Source: Akkermansiaceae bacterium | Lineage (GTDB): Bacteria > Verrucomicrobiota > Verrucomicrobiia > Verrucomicrobiales > Akkermansiaceae | Assembly: GCA_903837825.1 (NCBI GenBank) | Contig: CAILVZ010000162.1 | Coordinates: 3,287 to 67,286 of the forward strand | Direction: 5' to 3' | DNA: 64,000 bases | Shown here: positions 18,993 to 27,977 of the stretch, piece by piece | Layout: every line of letters begins with the position of its first letter | Numbering within the stretch: the first letter of the stretch is position 1 | The notes under the pieces: model-generated | The model's input: only the letters and a program-made list of their open reading frames with translations | Databases searched by the model: none | What the model was told of the DNA's origin: nothing | Translations under genes and position numbers: made by a program

Positions 18993-19962
18993 CGAGGTTG
19001 AAGGTAAAAGTTTTCGGCTTCCCGCCACGCTGTATTTCAAAAATGATTTCATCGCCTGCAGACATCTCCTTAAGCAAATCTTGCATCTGCTCACGGGTTT
19101 CAAGAGCCACGTGGTTCAACTTCAATAGAACATCACGCTCGCGAATTCCTGCTACCTCTGCGGGACTTCGATGACCCACCTTGGTCACACTCAAGCCACC
19201 CTTGGGCCGCGCCTCAGTTGCAAGGCCCAGAAAGCCATTCCCTTTCACCGGCTTCTCCGCGTACGGACCCTCACCAATGAACTCCGCAGCCAACATTCCA
19301 TCCCAGTGGTCGATGAACGCTGCGATCGGCACATGCATGTTCACTTGCATCTGCGCCCCGACCCTTGAATGAATCGCTATTAGATTTCCTGCTAGATTAA
19401 ATAATGGCCCGCCCGAGTCCCCTCCGATCACCATGCAGTCCGATTGAAAAGTCGAGTCAGCGATGCGGACCAACCGACCTAACCGAACCACCGATCCTCG
19501 TTCTTGATCGAATCCCCCAGAATGCCCCAAAGCAAACACCCAGTCACCAAGCCGCGTGCTAGCGTCGCGATCGATTTCCGCAAACGGATAGGTTCCCTTT
19601 TCCGTGATTCGCACCATGGCCGCATCCCTGTCCGCGACCAAGCCCAGCGTTTCGGCCGCCAACCGTGTCCCATCCTCAAGCACCACCGTAACATTCTGCT
19701 TCACCCCAGTTGCAACGTGAGCAGCCGTCAAAACCAGCCCATCGGGCGAAACGATCACCCCGCTGCCCGACCCACCTTTGATCTCAATGCACACCGCAGC
19801 CGCGCGCGCTCTTGGCAATGACGTGCGCACCGCATTCTGGATCGCCTCAAGATCTTGTCGATTTACAGGAGCCTTTTGGTCATTCACCGCAAGTCGTTCA
19901 TTTGCCGCCACACTCCAGCAACCAAACAACAGCAGCAGTGAAAAAATCCGTGTGTACCTCAT
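18982..19962 (-). CDS. Trypsin-like (S1C) serine protease with C-terminal PDZ
   Basis: Signal peptide, GSGVIVS.DG.VLTAAHV, DAA, GGDSGGPL, GFLG PDZ loop. Confidence 0.9.
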   Translation of the reverse strand: MRYTRIFSLLLLFGCWSVAANERLAVNDQKAPVNRQDLEAIQNAVRTSLPRARAAAVCIEIKGGSGSGVIVSPDGLVLTAAHVATGVKQNVTVVLEDGTRLAAETLGLVADRDAAMVRITEKGTYPFAEIDRDASTRLGDWVFALGHSGGFDQERGSVVRLGRLVRIADSTFQSDCMVIGGDSGGPLFNLAGNLIAIHSRVGAQMQVNMHVPIAAFIDHWDGMLAAEFIGEGPYAEKPVKGNGFLGLATEARPKGGLSVTKVGHRSPAEVAGIRERDVLLKLNHVALETREQMQDLLKEMSAGDEIIFEIQRGGKPKTFTFNLGER

Positions 19963-20008
19963 AGCTTGCTGAGGCTAAAGGCTACGCGCATTCGACATCT
20001 CGTGCAAC

Positions 20009-20614
20009 TCATGGATGCGCCCGCTTGCGAAATAGTCCGATCCATTCCCTGCCTTCACGTCCTGGGTAGGCTGCGCGAGGCACCCACGCATCGACTCGAT
20101 CAAACCACGGAGCGAACCACTCGTCCAACTCATCAATCGTCACGGGGAATGGTGGCCCACATGCCTCTTCCCCTGGATCAAAGGGTGTTAGAAAAAACAC
20201 CCCTGCAAGCAATCCTCCATCGGTTAGACAACCTGCTGCTGCCTCAGCATATTTCGGCCGTTCGCTCGGATCGATTGCACAAAAACACGTATGCTCCCAA
20301 AGCGCGGAGAATTTCCTCTCGCCCCACCACTTGGGGTCGAGAAAATCGCCTAGCTCGTAGGCTTCGTCTGATGCTTGCGCCCATTTTCTCGCGCGCTCGA
20401 TCGCGGATGGCGCAAGATCCAATCCCACGATGGAAATGCCGAGCCGGGCGAGCGCCCGCACGTCATGGCCTAGCCCGCAACCAGGCACAAGGACTGGACC
20501 ACTCCCCCATGCATCAGCCTGAAGCCGATCGAGCAATTCTAGCAGCGGCGGTGACGCTCGCCCTTTTTCCCATGGCGTGTCGGCACTCTGATAGCGCATT
20601 TCCCAATCGGTCAT
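20009..20614 (-). CDS. Thiopurine S-methyltransferase-like (TPMT/thiol/halide methyltransferase)
   Basis: W..RY....TPW, VLVPGCGLGHD, EHTCFCAIDP..R..Y, GPPF; start at ATG 20614. Confidence 0.88.
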   Translation of the reverse strand: MTDWEMRYQSADTPWEKGRASPPLLELLDRLQADAWGSGPVLVPGCGLGHDVRALARLGISIVGLDLAPSAIERARKWAQASDEAYELGDFLDPKWWGERKFSALWEHTCFCAIDPSERPKYAEAAAGCLTDGGLLAGVFFLTPFDPGEEACGPPFPVTIDELDEWFAPWFDRVDAWVPRAAYPGREGREWIGLFRKRAHP

Positions 20615-20790
20615 GCGGCAATGTGGTCGATCATGCCCCTTGGTGCAAGCGATCCGCGTGGACCTTTTTTTTGCAGCAGCATCGTCCTGCTGCTTGGCTG
20701 CTACCGTCATGGGATTTAGCCCAACACGCAGTCACAGATCCACCATGTTTCTCCTTGGAATCCAGCAAATCCCACGCAAGCATCTCCCCG

Positions 20791-21270
20791 ATGCCAGAAC
20801 TTGTCCGGGTTGAACCGATTGCTTTGATGCCAACCCAAGCTGGGTGTGCAGTCTTCTTGGGAGACGGAGCAAAATCGATCTTGTTTTACATCGATCCTGC
20901 GGTGGGCGCATCGATCAATGCTTCGCTAGGTCAGCAACTTCCACCCCGCCCGCTCACGCACGATTTGTTTCTTATGACGCTAGAAACCTTTGGCGCCAAG
21001 GTCACTCGCGCCGTCTTGGTCCGAATGGAGCAAGAGATTTACTATGCCCGCCTCTTTGTGGAGGCCGAGAATGAAATCATGGAACGAAAGATCGTCGAAA
21101 TCGATGCGCGCCCGTCGGATTGCTTGGCGCTGACGGTCCGCTGCGGTGCCCCATTTTATGTGGTGAAATCGCTCTGGGATACCCTAGAAGACATGACGGG
21201 CGTTCTCGCCGACATGAAAGCCCATGCCAGCTCCGGCGACGAGAGCCCACCCGATTCACCATTTGTCTAA
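20791..21270 (+). CDS. Bifunctional nuclease family protein (DUF151)
   Basis: PPRPLTHDL, YYARL, EIDARPSDCLAL; real start ATG 20791 lies inside the longer ORF 19966..21270. Confidence 0.88.
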   Translation: MPELVRVEPIALMPTQAGCAVFLGDGAKSILFYIDPAVGASINASLGQQLPPRPLTHDLFLMTLETFGAKVTRAVLVRMEQEIYYARLFVEAENEIMERKIVEIDARPSDCLALTVRCGAPFYVVKSLWDTLEDMTGVLADMKAHASSGDESPPDSPFV

Positions 21271-21325
21271 AGTTTGAGCAATCGCACCTTGCCGCAAATC
21301 AAATCAGATTTAAAATCGAAATCAC

Positions 21326-22543
21326 ATGTCACAAGTCCTCACTCCAAGCTCCCTGCCTGACTACTTCCGCGAGGAGATTCTACTCCATCCAGAAAATCGA
21401 CAATTCCCGGCATTTAGCCTTTCCAAGCTTCTTGGCACAGTCTTTGACCCAACTGATGGCTGCAGGGTCTGCATTCTCATTGATTTTGATCAGCCGGAGG
21501 CTCTCATCAAGGACTTCGCGTTCCTCAATCACGATGGCTTCCCCGTTCAGAAAAATGCCTACAAGCATTTCTATCAAGGCCTCAAGGCAGGCGTGCTCGA
21601 CGAGCTTGGCATGACAGGCGGCGAATTGTTTGCCTACCGCTGCACCTACGGCTCGAATCTTGATCTAGCAGATGATGTTTGGGACACCCAAGGCAGGCAC
21701 CTCTCACTGGATGCTGACATCTATCCAAACTACGATTTAATCCTGTGCATTTCGACTTACTCCGCCACCGCGCCCCTAACCGCGAAATGCAAACACTACG
21801 GCTTCCGCGGCGCGACCCTTCATGGCCTGAACGACGTGATCCTGAACTCGGGGCTCGCCGTCGACTACCATGAAGTCTCTGCCGATGCCGAACGCCTGCG
21901 CCTCGCCCTCACCAAAGCAGACGCGATTGAAATCGACTTCGCCCTGGAAGATGGACGCGTCCTCACCGCTTGGCTCGGACTCGATGGTCAAGAGGCACAA
22001 AAATCGCACGGGCTTTGTCTCGGAAAATCCCCCGACATCGCGAACTTGCCGGCAGGTGAGGTGTATTTCGTGCCAGTGGACGCCCACGGGCAATTCCCGA
22101 TGAAATATGAAGATGGAACTCTTGGTGTCTTGGAAGTCAAAGACCGCTGCATCGTCCATTCGACCCTCATCGAAGGAAACCAGGCCACAATCGATGCGCA
22201 CAACGCACGCTTAGCCGACGACCCGATGACCGGCACGCTCGGAGAGCTTGGATTTGGCACGCAGGTGCTGCCCGTTTCAGGCGCTGACATTCAAGACGAG
22301 AAGGTGCTCGGAACATGCCATCTTGCGACAGGCCGTGACGACCATCTCGGCGGTGACATTCTGCCGAGCATGTTTAAAAAACACGAAAACTCGACGCACG
22401 ACGACATCCTCTTTGCTCCGCACAAGACCCCGAATTTCAACATCAGCCAGGTCCGGATGAAACGTGGAACCCAAAGCGAGGTGATCATTGAGAATTTCCG
22501 GCCTGCGCGCTATCTGATCGATGCGTTGGCGGCCGATCGTTGA
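21326..22543 (+). CDS. Aminopeptidase M29 (AmpS/AmpT-like) metalloprotease
   Basis: NLPAGEVY, GELGFG, DEKVLGTCHLATG, H.D C-terminal metal ligands. Confidence 0.78.
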   Translation: MSQVLTPSSLPDYFREEILLHPENRQFPAFSLSKLLGTVFDPTDGCRVCILIDFDQPEALIKDFAFLNHDGFPVQKNAYKHFYQGLKAGVLDELGMTGGELFAYRCTYGSNLDLADDVWDTQGRHLSLDADIYPNYDLILCISTYSATAPLTAKCKHYGFRGATLHGLNDVILNSGLAVDYHEVSADAERLRLALTKADAIEIDFALEDGRVLTAWLGLDGQEAQKSHGLCLGKSPDIANLPAGEVYFVPVDAHGQFPMKYEDGTLGVLEVKDRCIVHSTLIEGNQATIDAHNARLADDPMTGTLGELGFGTQVLPVSGADIQDEKVLGTCHLATGRDDHLGGDILPSMFKKHENSTHDDILFAPHKTPNFNISQVRMKRGTQSEVIIENFRPARYLIDALAADR

Positions 22544-22659
22544 AATTTCCGGAAATATCCGCGACAAGCAGTCCGTAATCCTTGGGTAGCAAGATCCGCG
22601 CCATGGTGGATCTTGCATTCTCGATCCGCAATCACCCAACCTCTTCCAAACCGGCATCA

Positions 22660-23898
22660 ATGAAGATCGCATCCACCCTATCGCTTGCCCTTGCGGCTGG
22701 AACCCTTGTTTCGGCTGCTGAGCAACCCATGTTTCGCTCCCTTTTTAATGGCAAAGATCTAACGGGTTGGGTGGGAGATGGTTACACCGTCGAAAATGAC
22801 ACCATTGTTTGTACCCCTGAAGGCAAAAACCTGGTGACTCAAGAGGTCTTCTGCAACTACGTCCTTGAATTTGATTTCAAACTCCCACCCGGCGGAAACA
22901 ACGGGCTTGGGATCCACTATCCCGGCACTGGCGATGGTGCCTACACTGGGATGGAACTTCAGATTCTCGATAACACCGACCCGCAATACAAAGACATCAA
23001 GGACTACCAATACCACGGATCGCTTTACACCATGGCACCCGCGAAGAGGACCGGATTGAAGCCAGTCGGTGAATGGAACCATGAGCGAGTGACGGTGTTA
23101 GATTCATCGGTGACCGTGGTGTTGAATGGCGAGACCATCCTTGAGGCAAACCTCGCCGAACTCAGCGCCACACATCCAAAACACGAAGGCGTGAAACGTC
23201 GGGCCGGTCAAATCGGTTGGTTAGGCCATGGTGACCGCGTCGCCTTCCGCAACATCGAAATCGCTGAAACAGCGCCCTTGCCAAAGCCCGACAGTTCGGT
23301 AGCGACAGGATTTACCTCGCTATTCAATGGCAAGAATCTCGACGGCTGGAAACATGGCAACAGCGCTGAATGGACGGTCGTCAATGGAATCCTCAAGCAC
23401 AGCGGGAAGGCAAGAACCCCATCCGATCTCTGGACGGACAAAGAATATGGAGACTGCACTATCTTCTTCGATTGGCGCTGGAGCGGTCGTGGCCCTACCC
23501 GATCGCGGCCCAACGTGCTACCCGATGGCTCCGAGAACGGCCAAAGCGACATCGAAGAACTCGACAGCGGAATCTACCTTCGCGGCAGCAGCAAAAGCCA
23601 AGTCAACCTCTGGAACTGGACTGTCGGCTCCGGAGAAATTTACGGCTACCGCACCGACCCATCGATGCCTCCAGCGGTTTGCGCTGGCGCGACACCCAAG
23701 TCCAAGGCCGACCGCCCCGTCGGCGAATGGAATCATACTTCGATCACGCTCAAAGGTGACCGCATCAGCGTAACACTCAACGGTGCGCCCGTCATTGAGA
23801 ACGCCCAACTGCCGAACATCCCCGCACGTGGCGCCATCGGCCTCCAGCATCATGGGTCCCGGATCGATTTCGCGAATATCGCGATCAAAGCCGATTGA
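22660..23898 (+). CDS. Secreted tandem DUF1080 (3-keto-disaccharide hydrolase-like) protein
   Basis: Signal peptide; two copies of LFNGK.L.GW ... GEWN ... G.IG...HG....F.NI. Confidence 0.88.
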   Translation: MKIASTLSLALAAGTLVSAAEQPMFRSLFNGKDLTGWVGDGYTVENDTIVCTPEGKNLVTQEVFCNYVLEFDFKLPPGGNNGLGIHYPGTGDGAYTGMELQILDNTDPQYKDIKDYQYHGSLYTMAPAKRTGLKPVGEWNHERVTVLDSSVTVVLNGETILEANLAELSATHPKHEGVKRRAGQIGWLGHGDRVAFRNIEIAETAPLPKPDSSVATGFTSLFNGKNLDGWKHGNSAEWTVVNGILKHSGKARTPSDLWTDKEYGDCTIFFDWRWSGRGPTRSRPNVLPDGSENGQSDIEELDSGIYLRGSSKSQVNLWNWTVGSGEIYGYRTDPSMPPAVCAGATPKSKADRPVGEWNHTSITLKGDRISVTLNGAPVIENAQLPNIPARGAIGLQHHGSRIDFANIAIKAD

Positions 23899-23945
23899 AT
23901 CCTACCCGATTTGGCCTGCTAGAAAACCCGCAGTGCCCGAATCAT

Positions 23946-24239
23946 TCACGAATCGCCTTTAGCCTTGCGAAACCCGGGCGTCGCGAGGATCTCGATGTAA
24001 ACCGAGGCGCATTCACTTGCGGCAGCCTGATCAATCGCTGCGGTCAGTTCTTCCACGTGCTTGGGTTCAGGCTCCCCATCGCCCATGCCGATTTTGCACT
24101 GAAAATCCCAGAAATCTACCCCTTCCGGTAGCGTCTTTTTCCGCTCCCGTTTGAGGTATTTTCGCACATCATTTTTGATCTGCTCGATCACCCGAGCAGG
24201 TTGGTGATTGGGCGCGCTGAATGGAAATTGCTTTTTCAT
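23946..24239 (-). CDS. Small conserved protein (DUF6172-like)
   Basis: IK..VRKYLKRERKK.LPEGVDFWDF.CK.G ... YIEILA.PG.R pattern. Confidence 0.7.
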   Translation of the reverse strand: MKKQFPFSAPNHQPARVIEQIKNDVRKYLKRERKKTLPEGVDFWDFQCKIGMGDGEPEPKHVEELTAAIDQAAASECASVYIEILATPGFRKAKGDS

Positions 24240-24342
24240 GCCACCCGCTTGTGTCCGGCTGTCACGGGTTTGTCTAGGAGATAACCTCGCGATCGCCCAC
24301 CGCGACAGCGGATGCCGCCCCTGAATCCATCGATTTTGTGGG

Positions 24343-27300
24343 CTACACTAACTCGGGATCGGCTCCCACCATGCCAACCAAACTTGCGCGATAGGCCGCT
24401 GAACTCACCTGATCCAAGGTCGACTTCGCTTCCTGAATCCGATCTTGGATCCTCAACCGCTTAAGTTGACCTTGATAGTTTGGTTTCATGAGGAAGCTCT
24501 CCAGATAAGCCACGTGGCGTTTCCACAGCGCTTGATCCACCTTGACCTTTGCATCGAGCCGCGCCTGGTACCAGCTCGACTCCACCAGCGATTCACGAGT
24601 AAACAACCCGCGGATTTCAGGGTCCGTGATCGTTTTGCCCTCGTAATTTCCATAGGCCATGATGTGCAACAACACCTTAAGCGGAGGGCATGCTGCTTCG
24701 ATACTCCCGTCGAGGAAATAGTTGAGCGCCACACTGCGCTGAGTCCCAATGATATTGTCCAACCCGTCGATGAAGTCTTCCATCGATTGCAGCTCCGGAC
24801 GAAGCATATCCTCACTGAAGAGCGTATCCGCTGCTGAGAAAATCCGTCCAAAGAACGTGGCCACGAAGCTTTCCGTGATCCGATACCCAAGGCGGCTCGC
24901 TTCGATCAACTTTCCTTCATACTCAAAATCCTCAATTTTCTCAAGGTAGCCTTTCTCGATGAGGTAAGAAGGTTCACGCTCCGGGATGAACATGCGCGAC
25001 CAAACTTCTGGGACGAGCAAGCTGATGTCATGATCAACTCGGTACTTCCGCCCAATGTGTCCAGCGGCCGTCGTGAACCCATGGTAATTTGTCAGCAAAA
25101 AGGAAACCAGCGCTGCGTTGAGATCATGAATCGGAAGGATCGCATTGAACGGGCCTTTGGTGAGAGCGCCTTCGCTGCCAGCCCCAGTGGTCGATGGGCT
25201 TTTACCGGTGAGTGACGCGATGAAATCCATGAAGAGCTCAGGCAGCTCCTGGTAATGGATCGGGTTGTACACCGCGAGCGCACGGATCCCTGCAGCCTCG
25301 TCCGGTGGGTTGTTGCGCCGTCCCGCAAGAACCGAGTTCACGGGCATCGGCACCGGAGCATCTAGCGCAAGTCGGCGATAGAATCGCGCTCCCAGTCCGG
25401 CCAAATACAACGAGCGAGGATCCTCAAGGTCCGGACGATTTTGCAAGTAGCGAGGATTTTTCGTTGGCTTGCCATCGACGATCCGCGGCTGATGCGAACT
25501 CACAACATAATCTGAGCTACCAGACTCCACGAATGTCGAAAGCATCTTGCGAAGCGGCGAGCTAAATTGCTCAAAGCGAATGGCATCTTTCACCATCGTC
25601 CCAGCATCATCGCGGGAAATCGGCTCGTAGTTTGAGAAAAACAACCCGCCTTGGCTGAAGTCATGCTCCGTGTGCTTGTCGTAGCCACGGACGATCGCAT
25701 CATCAGGGCGTTGGAATAACCGATACTCGCAGTTCTTGATGAATTTGAGCGATGGATTGCGAACATCAGGGTGGAGCCCCGAAACCGCATCATGAGGCAC
25801 GACCATCGACGCGCTGATATCATCTTCCGTTTGAATTTTTTTGGCCGGAGCGAAATCCTTACGGATGCTGAAGGTCCGCCATGTCCCATCTTCCGTGAAG
25901 CCAACACGGAGGTATTGGGTGATTAAGCGCTGGCGGCGATAGATCAACTGCCGACCTGGCTGGCCATTGATGAGGTCGACCGTGAAGCGATTGCGCCAGT
26001 CCTCACCCCACGATTCCTTGTGGAACCGCTTAATGATGAACACAAGGTCGCGGACCGAGCTTCCAATTGTCCCAAGCCATTGATTGTACTCATCCGTGTA
26101 GGCAGGATTTGGCGTAAGCAGGCGAACCACCGAGCCGAGTGAGCGCTCATGACTGAGCAAGGGCCGACCCGATTTCGCCGATCCACTAGAACCACGGTAA
26201 CGACCAGAGAAATTATGGTTGATGATATCCCACGCGGCATCCAAATCACGCTTGAGGTCGTGGACCAAAACCGCCGCAGTGATCATCGCGTCGGATAGAG
26301 ACTTCGAAATCTCAGACTTTCCGCCCCCAGAAACCGTGCAGGGCTTGTGGCAGAATGTCCCCTCGGCAGCCGTGCCGATCAAACGCCACCGCTGTCCGGC
26401 ATTCGGCCTCATCATTTCTACCTTGTACCCAGATGGCAGGACGTAAGTGATGCCTGGCTGCAATGAAACTTTTTGCTCACCACCCGCATTCGTCCATGTC
26501 AACAACTGGTGATGAAGGTCGATGTGAACGTCCTCTGGCACGTAGTGGATGTTAGAAAAAATCTTATCGATGCCGTAGCCTTCAGGCTGGAGAGCGAAAA
26601 TATCACCATAGCGGCTGATGATTTCCGAAAACTTGTGATCGACCGGGCGTGAGTAACCACTGAGTGAAAAGTCCTCACCCAAATCAAAGCTCGGGAAGGC
26701 GATCGCGCCGCCCGCGTGCTCTTCTTCTGCATTGCCAAAAAGATTCGCTGCATAGCTGAGCTGAGTCTTTACCTCTTTTTTGCAGTAGCCGTAGTAGTTG
26801 TCGGCGATGATCGTGACGATGATCCCGCGCTTGTCACGGCAGGTGATTTTGAAGGCACTGCCGTCGTTGTAGAGTTCATCTGGCGAAGCCCAACACATGC
26901 CGTCGCGCCTCTGGCGTTCCGTGGCATCCGCAACGTTCGGCAGCCCAAGGTCCTTTTTTTTCAACGTGACCAAGTGAGGTGCGAGGATCACGCAGCCGGT
27001 GTGGCCGGACCAATGTTCGGAATCAAGACGAGCATCGTTGTCCGGCAAATAGGGGTCACCGGCATTGCCGAAAATGCTTTCGACGAAGTCCAGATTGCTT
27101 ACCAAATTTCCTGGTGCGAAAAAGCGAGTCTCCATCGACTTCTCAGGTGAGACACCCGGCACTTCCGGGGTCAACACCGGACGGAGAAGCAGCGAGACAA
27201 AGACCTTCGCAGGCTCATCGCTCGTTCCCGTGAATGGCAGCGTCATAATGTCCGAAGGCGGGACCAGCGCCTGCTTCAACAGACGGGCAAAGGTGACCTT

Positions 27301-27822
27301 CGGCACCGATTTTTTGTCTGCGGCAACGGGCAGTCCGCCGTCAGCTACGTGAAAGACGCCCTCGGTCGTCCGACGGTCACTCGCTGGGTTGTGACACACC
27401 CCTTGGTGGACCCGATAAGAACTCAAGATGGAGGACTTGAACTCATCCTTGTCCGGCGGCAGCGAAAGCATCCGAGCAATCCCGTGGCGCTCCATGATCA
27501 ATGGGCTGGTAGGTAGCAATGGACCAGAATCTGGGAAAACCTCCACCATGATTTCACTGCCCAAATAATCGCGCAGGAACGCGTCGATCGAAGCATCTGC
27601 CGGGCAAAGATAATCCGAAAGCAGCCGCGACTTCTCTTGGAAATTTGCAATCAATGAACGGCCTAAATCGAGAAACGGATAATCCGTCTCATCGCCAACG
27701 ATGGCGTAGCCACGGGCCGCTAGCTTCAGGTTGACGAACTCGCGCAGCCGATTTTCCTCCGCGGGTGAAGCGAGAGCAGGACCATTTTCTGTGAAGCCGA
27801 TTTTGTCTTTGAGATTTGGCAT
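24343..27822 (-). CDS. Pyrophosphate-dependent PEP carboxykinase (PEP carboxytransphosphorylase)
   Basis: ~1160 aa; HNP..DRRTT.GVFH, ADNYYGYCKKEVKTQ.SY.ANL.G..EEEHAGGA, CHKPCTVSGGGKSEISKS, GKSPSTTGAGSEGALTKGPFN match the Entamoeba/Propionibacterium PPi-PEPCK family as I recall it. Confidence 0.85.
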   Translation of the reverse strand: MPNLKDKIGFTENGPALASPAEENRLREFVNLKLAARGYAIVGDETDYPFLDLGRSLIANFQEKSRLLSDYLCPADASIDAFLRDYLGSEIMVEVFPDSGPLLPTSPLIMERHGIARMLSLPPDKDEFKSSILSSYRVHQGVCHNPASDRRTTEGVFHVADGGLPVAADKKSVPKVTFARLLKQALVPPSDIMTLPFTGTSDEPAKVFVSLLLRPVLTPEVPGVSPEKSMETRFFAPGNLVSNLDFVESIFGNAGDPYLPDNDARLDSEHWSGHTGCVILAPHLVTLKKKDLGLPNVADATERQRRDGMCWASPDELYNDGSAFKITCRDKRGIIVTIIADNYYGYCKKEVKTQLSYAANLFGNAEEEHAGGAIAFPSFDLGEDFSLSGYSRPVDHKFSEIISRYGDIFALQPEGYGIDKIFSNIHYVPEDVHIDLHHQLLTWTNAGGEQKVSLQPGITYVLPSGYKVEMMRPNAGQRWRLIGTAAEGTFCHKPCTVSGGGKSEISKSLSDAMITAAVLVHDLKRDLDAAWDIINHNFSGRYRGSSGSAKSGRPLLSHERSLGSVVRLLTPNPAYTDEYNQWLGTIGSSVRDLVFIIKRFHKESWGEDWRNRFTVDLINGQPGRQLIYRRQRLITQYLRVGFTEDGTWRTFSIRKDFAPAKKIQTEDDISASMVVPHDAVSGLHPDVRNPSLKFIKNCEYRLFQRPDDAIVRGYDKHTEHDFSQGGLFFSNYEPISRDDAGTMVKDAIRFEQFSSPLRKMLSTFVESGSSDYVVSSHQPRIVDGKPTKNPRYLQNRPDLEDPRSLYLAGLGARFYRRLALDAPVPMPVNSVLAGRRNNPPDEAAGIRALAVYNPIHYQELPELFMDFIASLTGKSPSTTGAGSEGALTKGPFNAILPIHDLNAALVSFLLTNYHGFTTAAGHIGRKYRVDHDISLLVPEVWSRMFIPEREPSYLIEKGYLEKIEDFEYEGKLIEASRLGYRITESFVATFFGRIFSAADTLFSEDMLRPELQSMEDFIDGLDNIIGTQRSVALNYFLDGSIEAACPPLKVLLHIMAYGNYEGKTITDPEIRGLFTRESLVESSWYQARLDAKVKVDQALWKRHVAYLESFLMKPNYQGQLKRLRIQDRIQEAKSTLDQVSSAAYRASLVGMVGADPELV

Positions 27823-27977
27823 GGTGGAGTTGCGGGCGAATGATGAATTTCAACGCACAATAAGCAAGCTCTGGGCCATAAACGCCCGAAATCGTCATGG
27901 AGATCCACGAAATCAGCGGATTTTGAACTCATGGAGGATGGCTGAAGGGCTCACCCACCCGAAATCCACTACGAACC

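Noticed and set aside
19966-20790. N-terminal 275 aa of the 434-aa ORF, suggesting a large nuclease fusion
   Set aside because: This part is antisense to the TPMT gene with non-protein-like composition; the DUF151 protein starts at 20791
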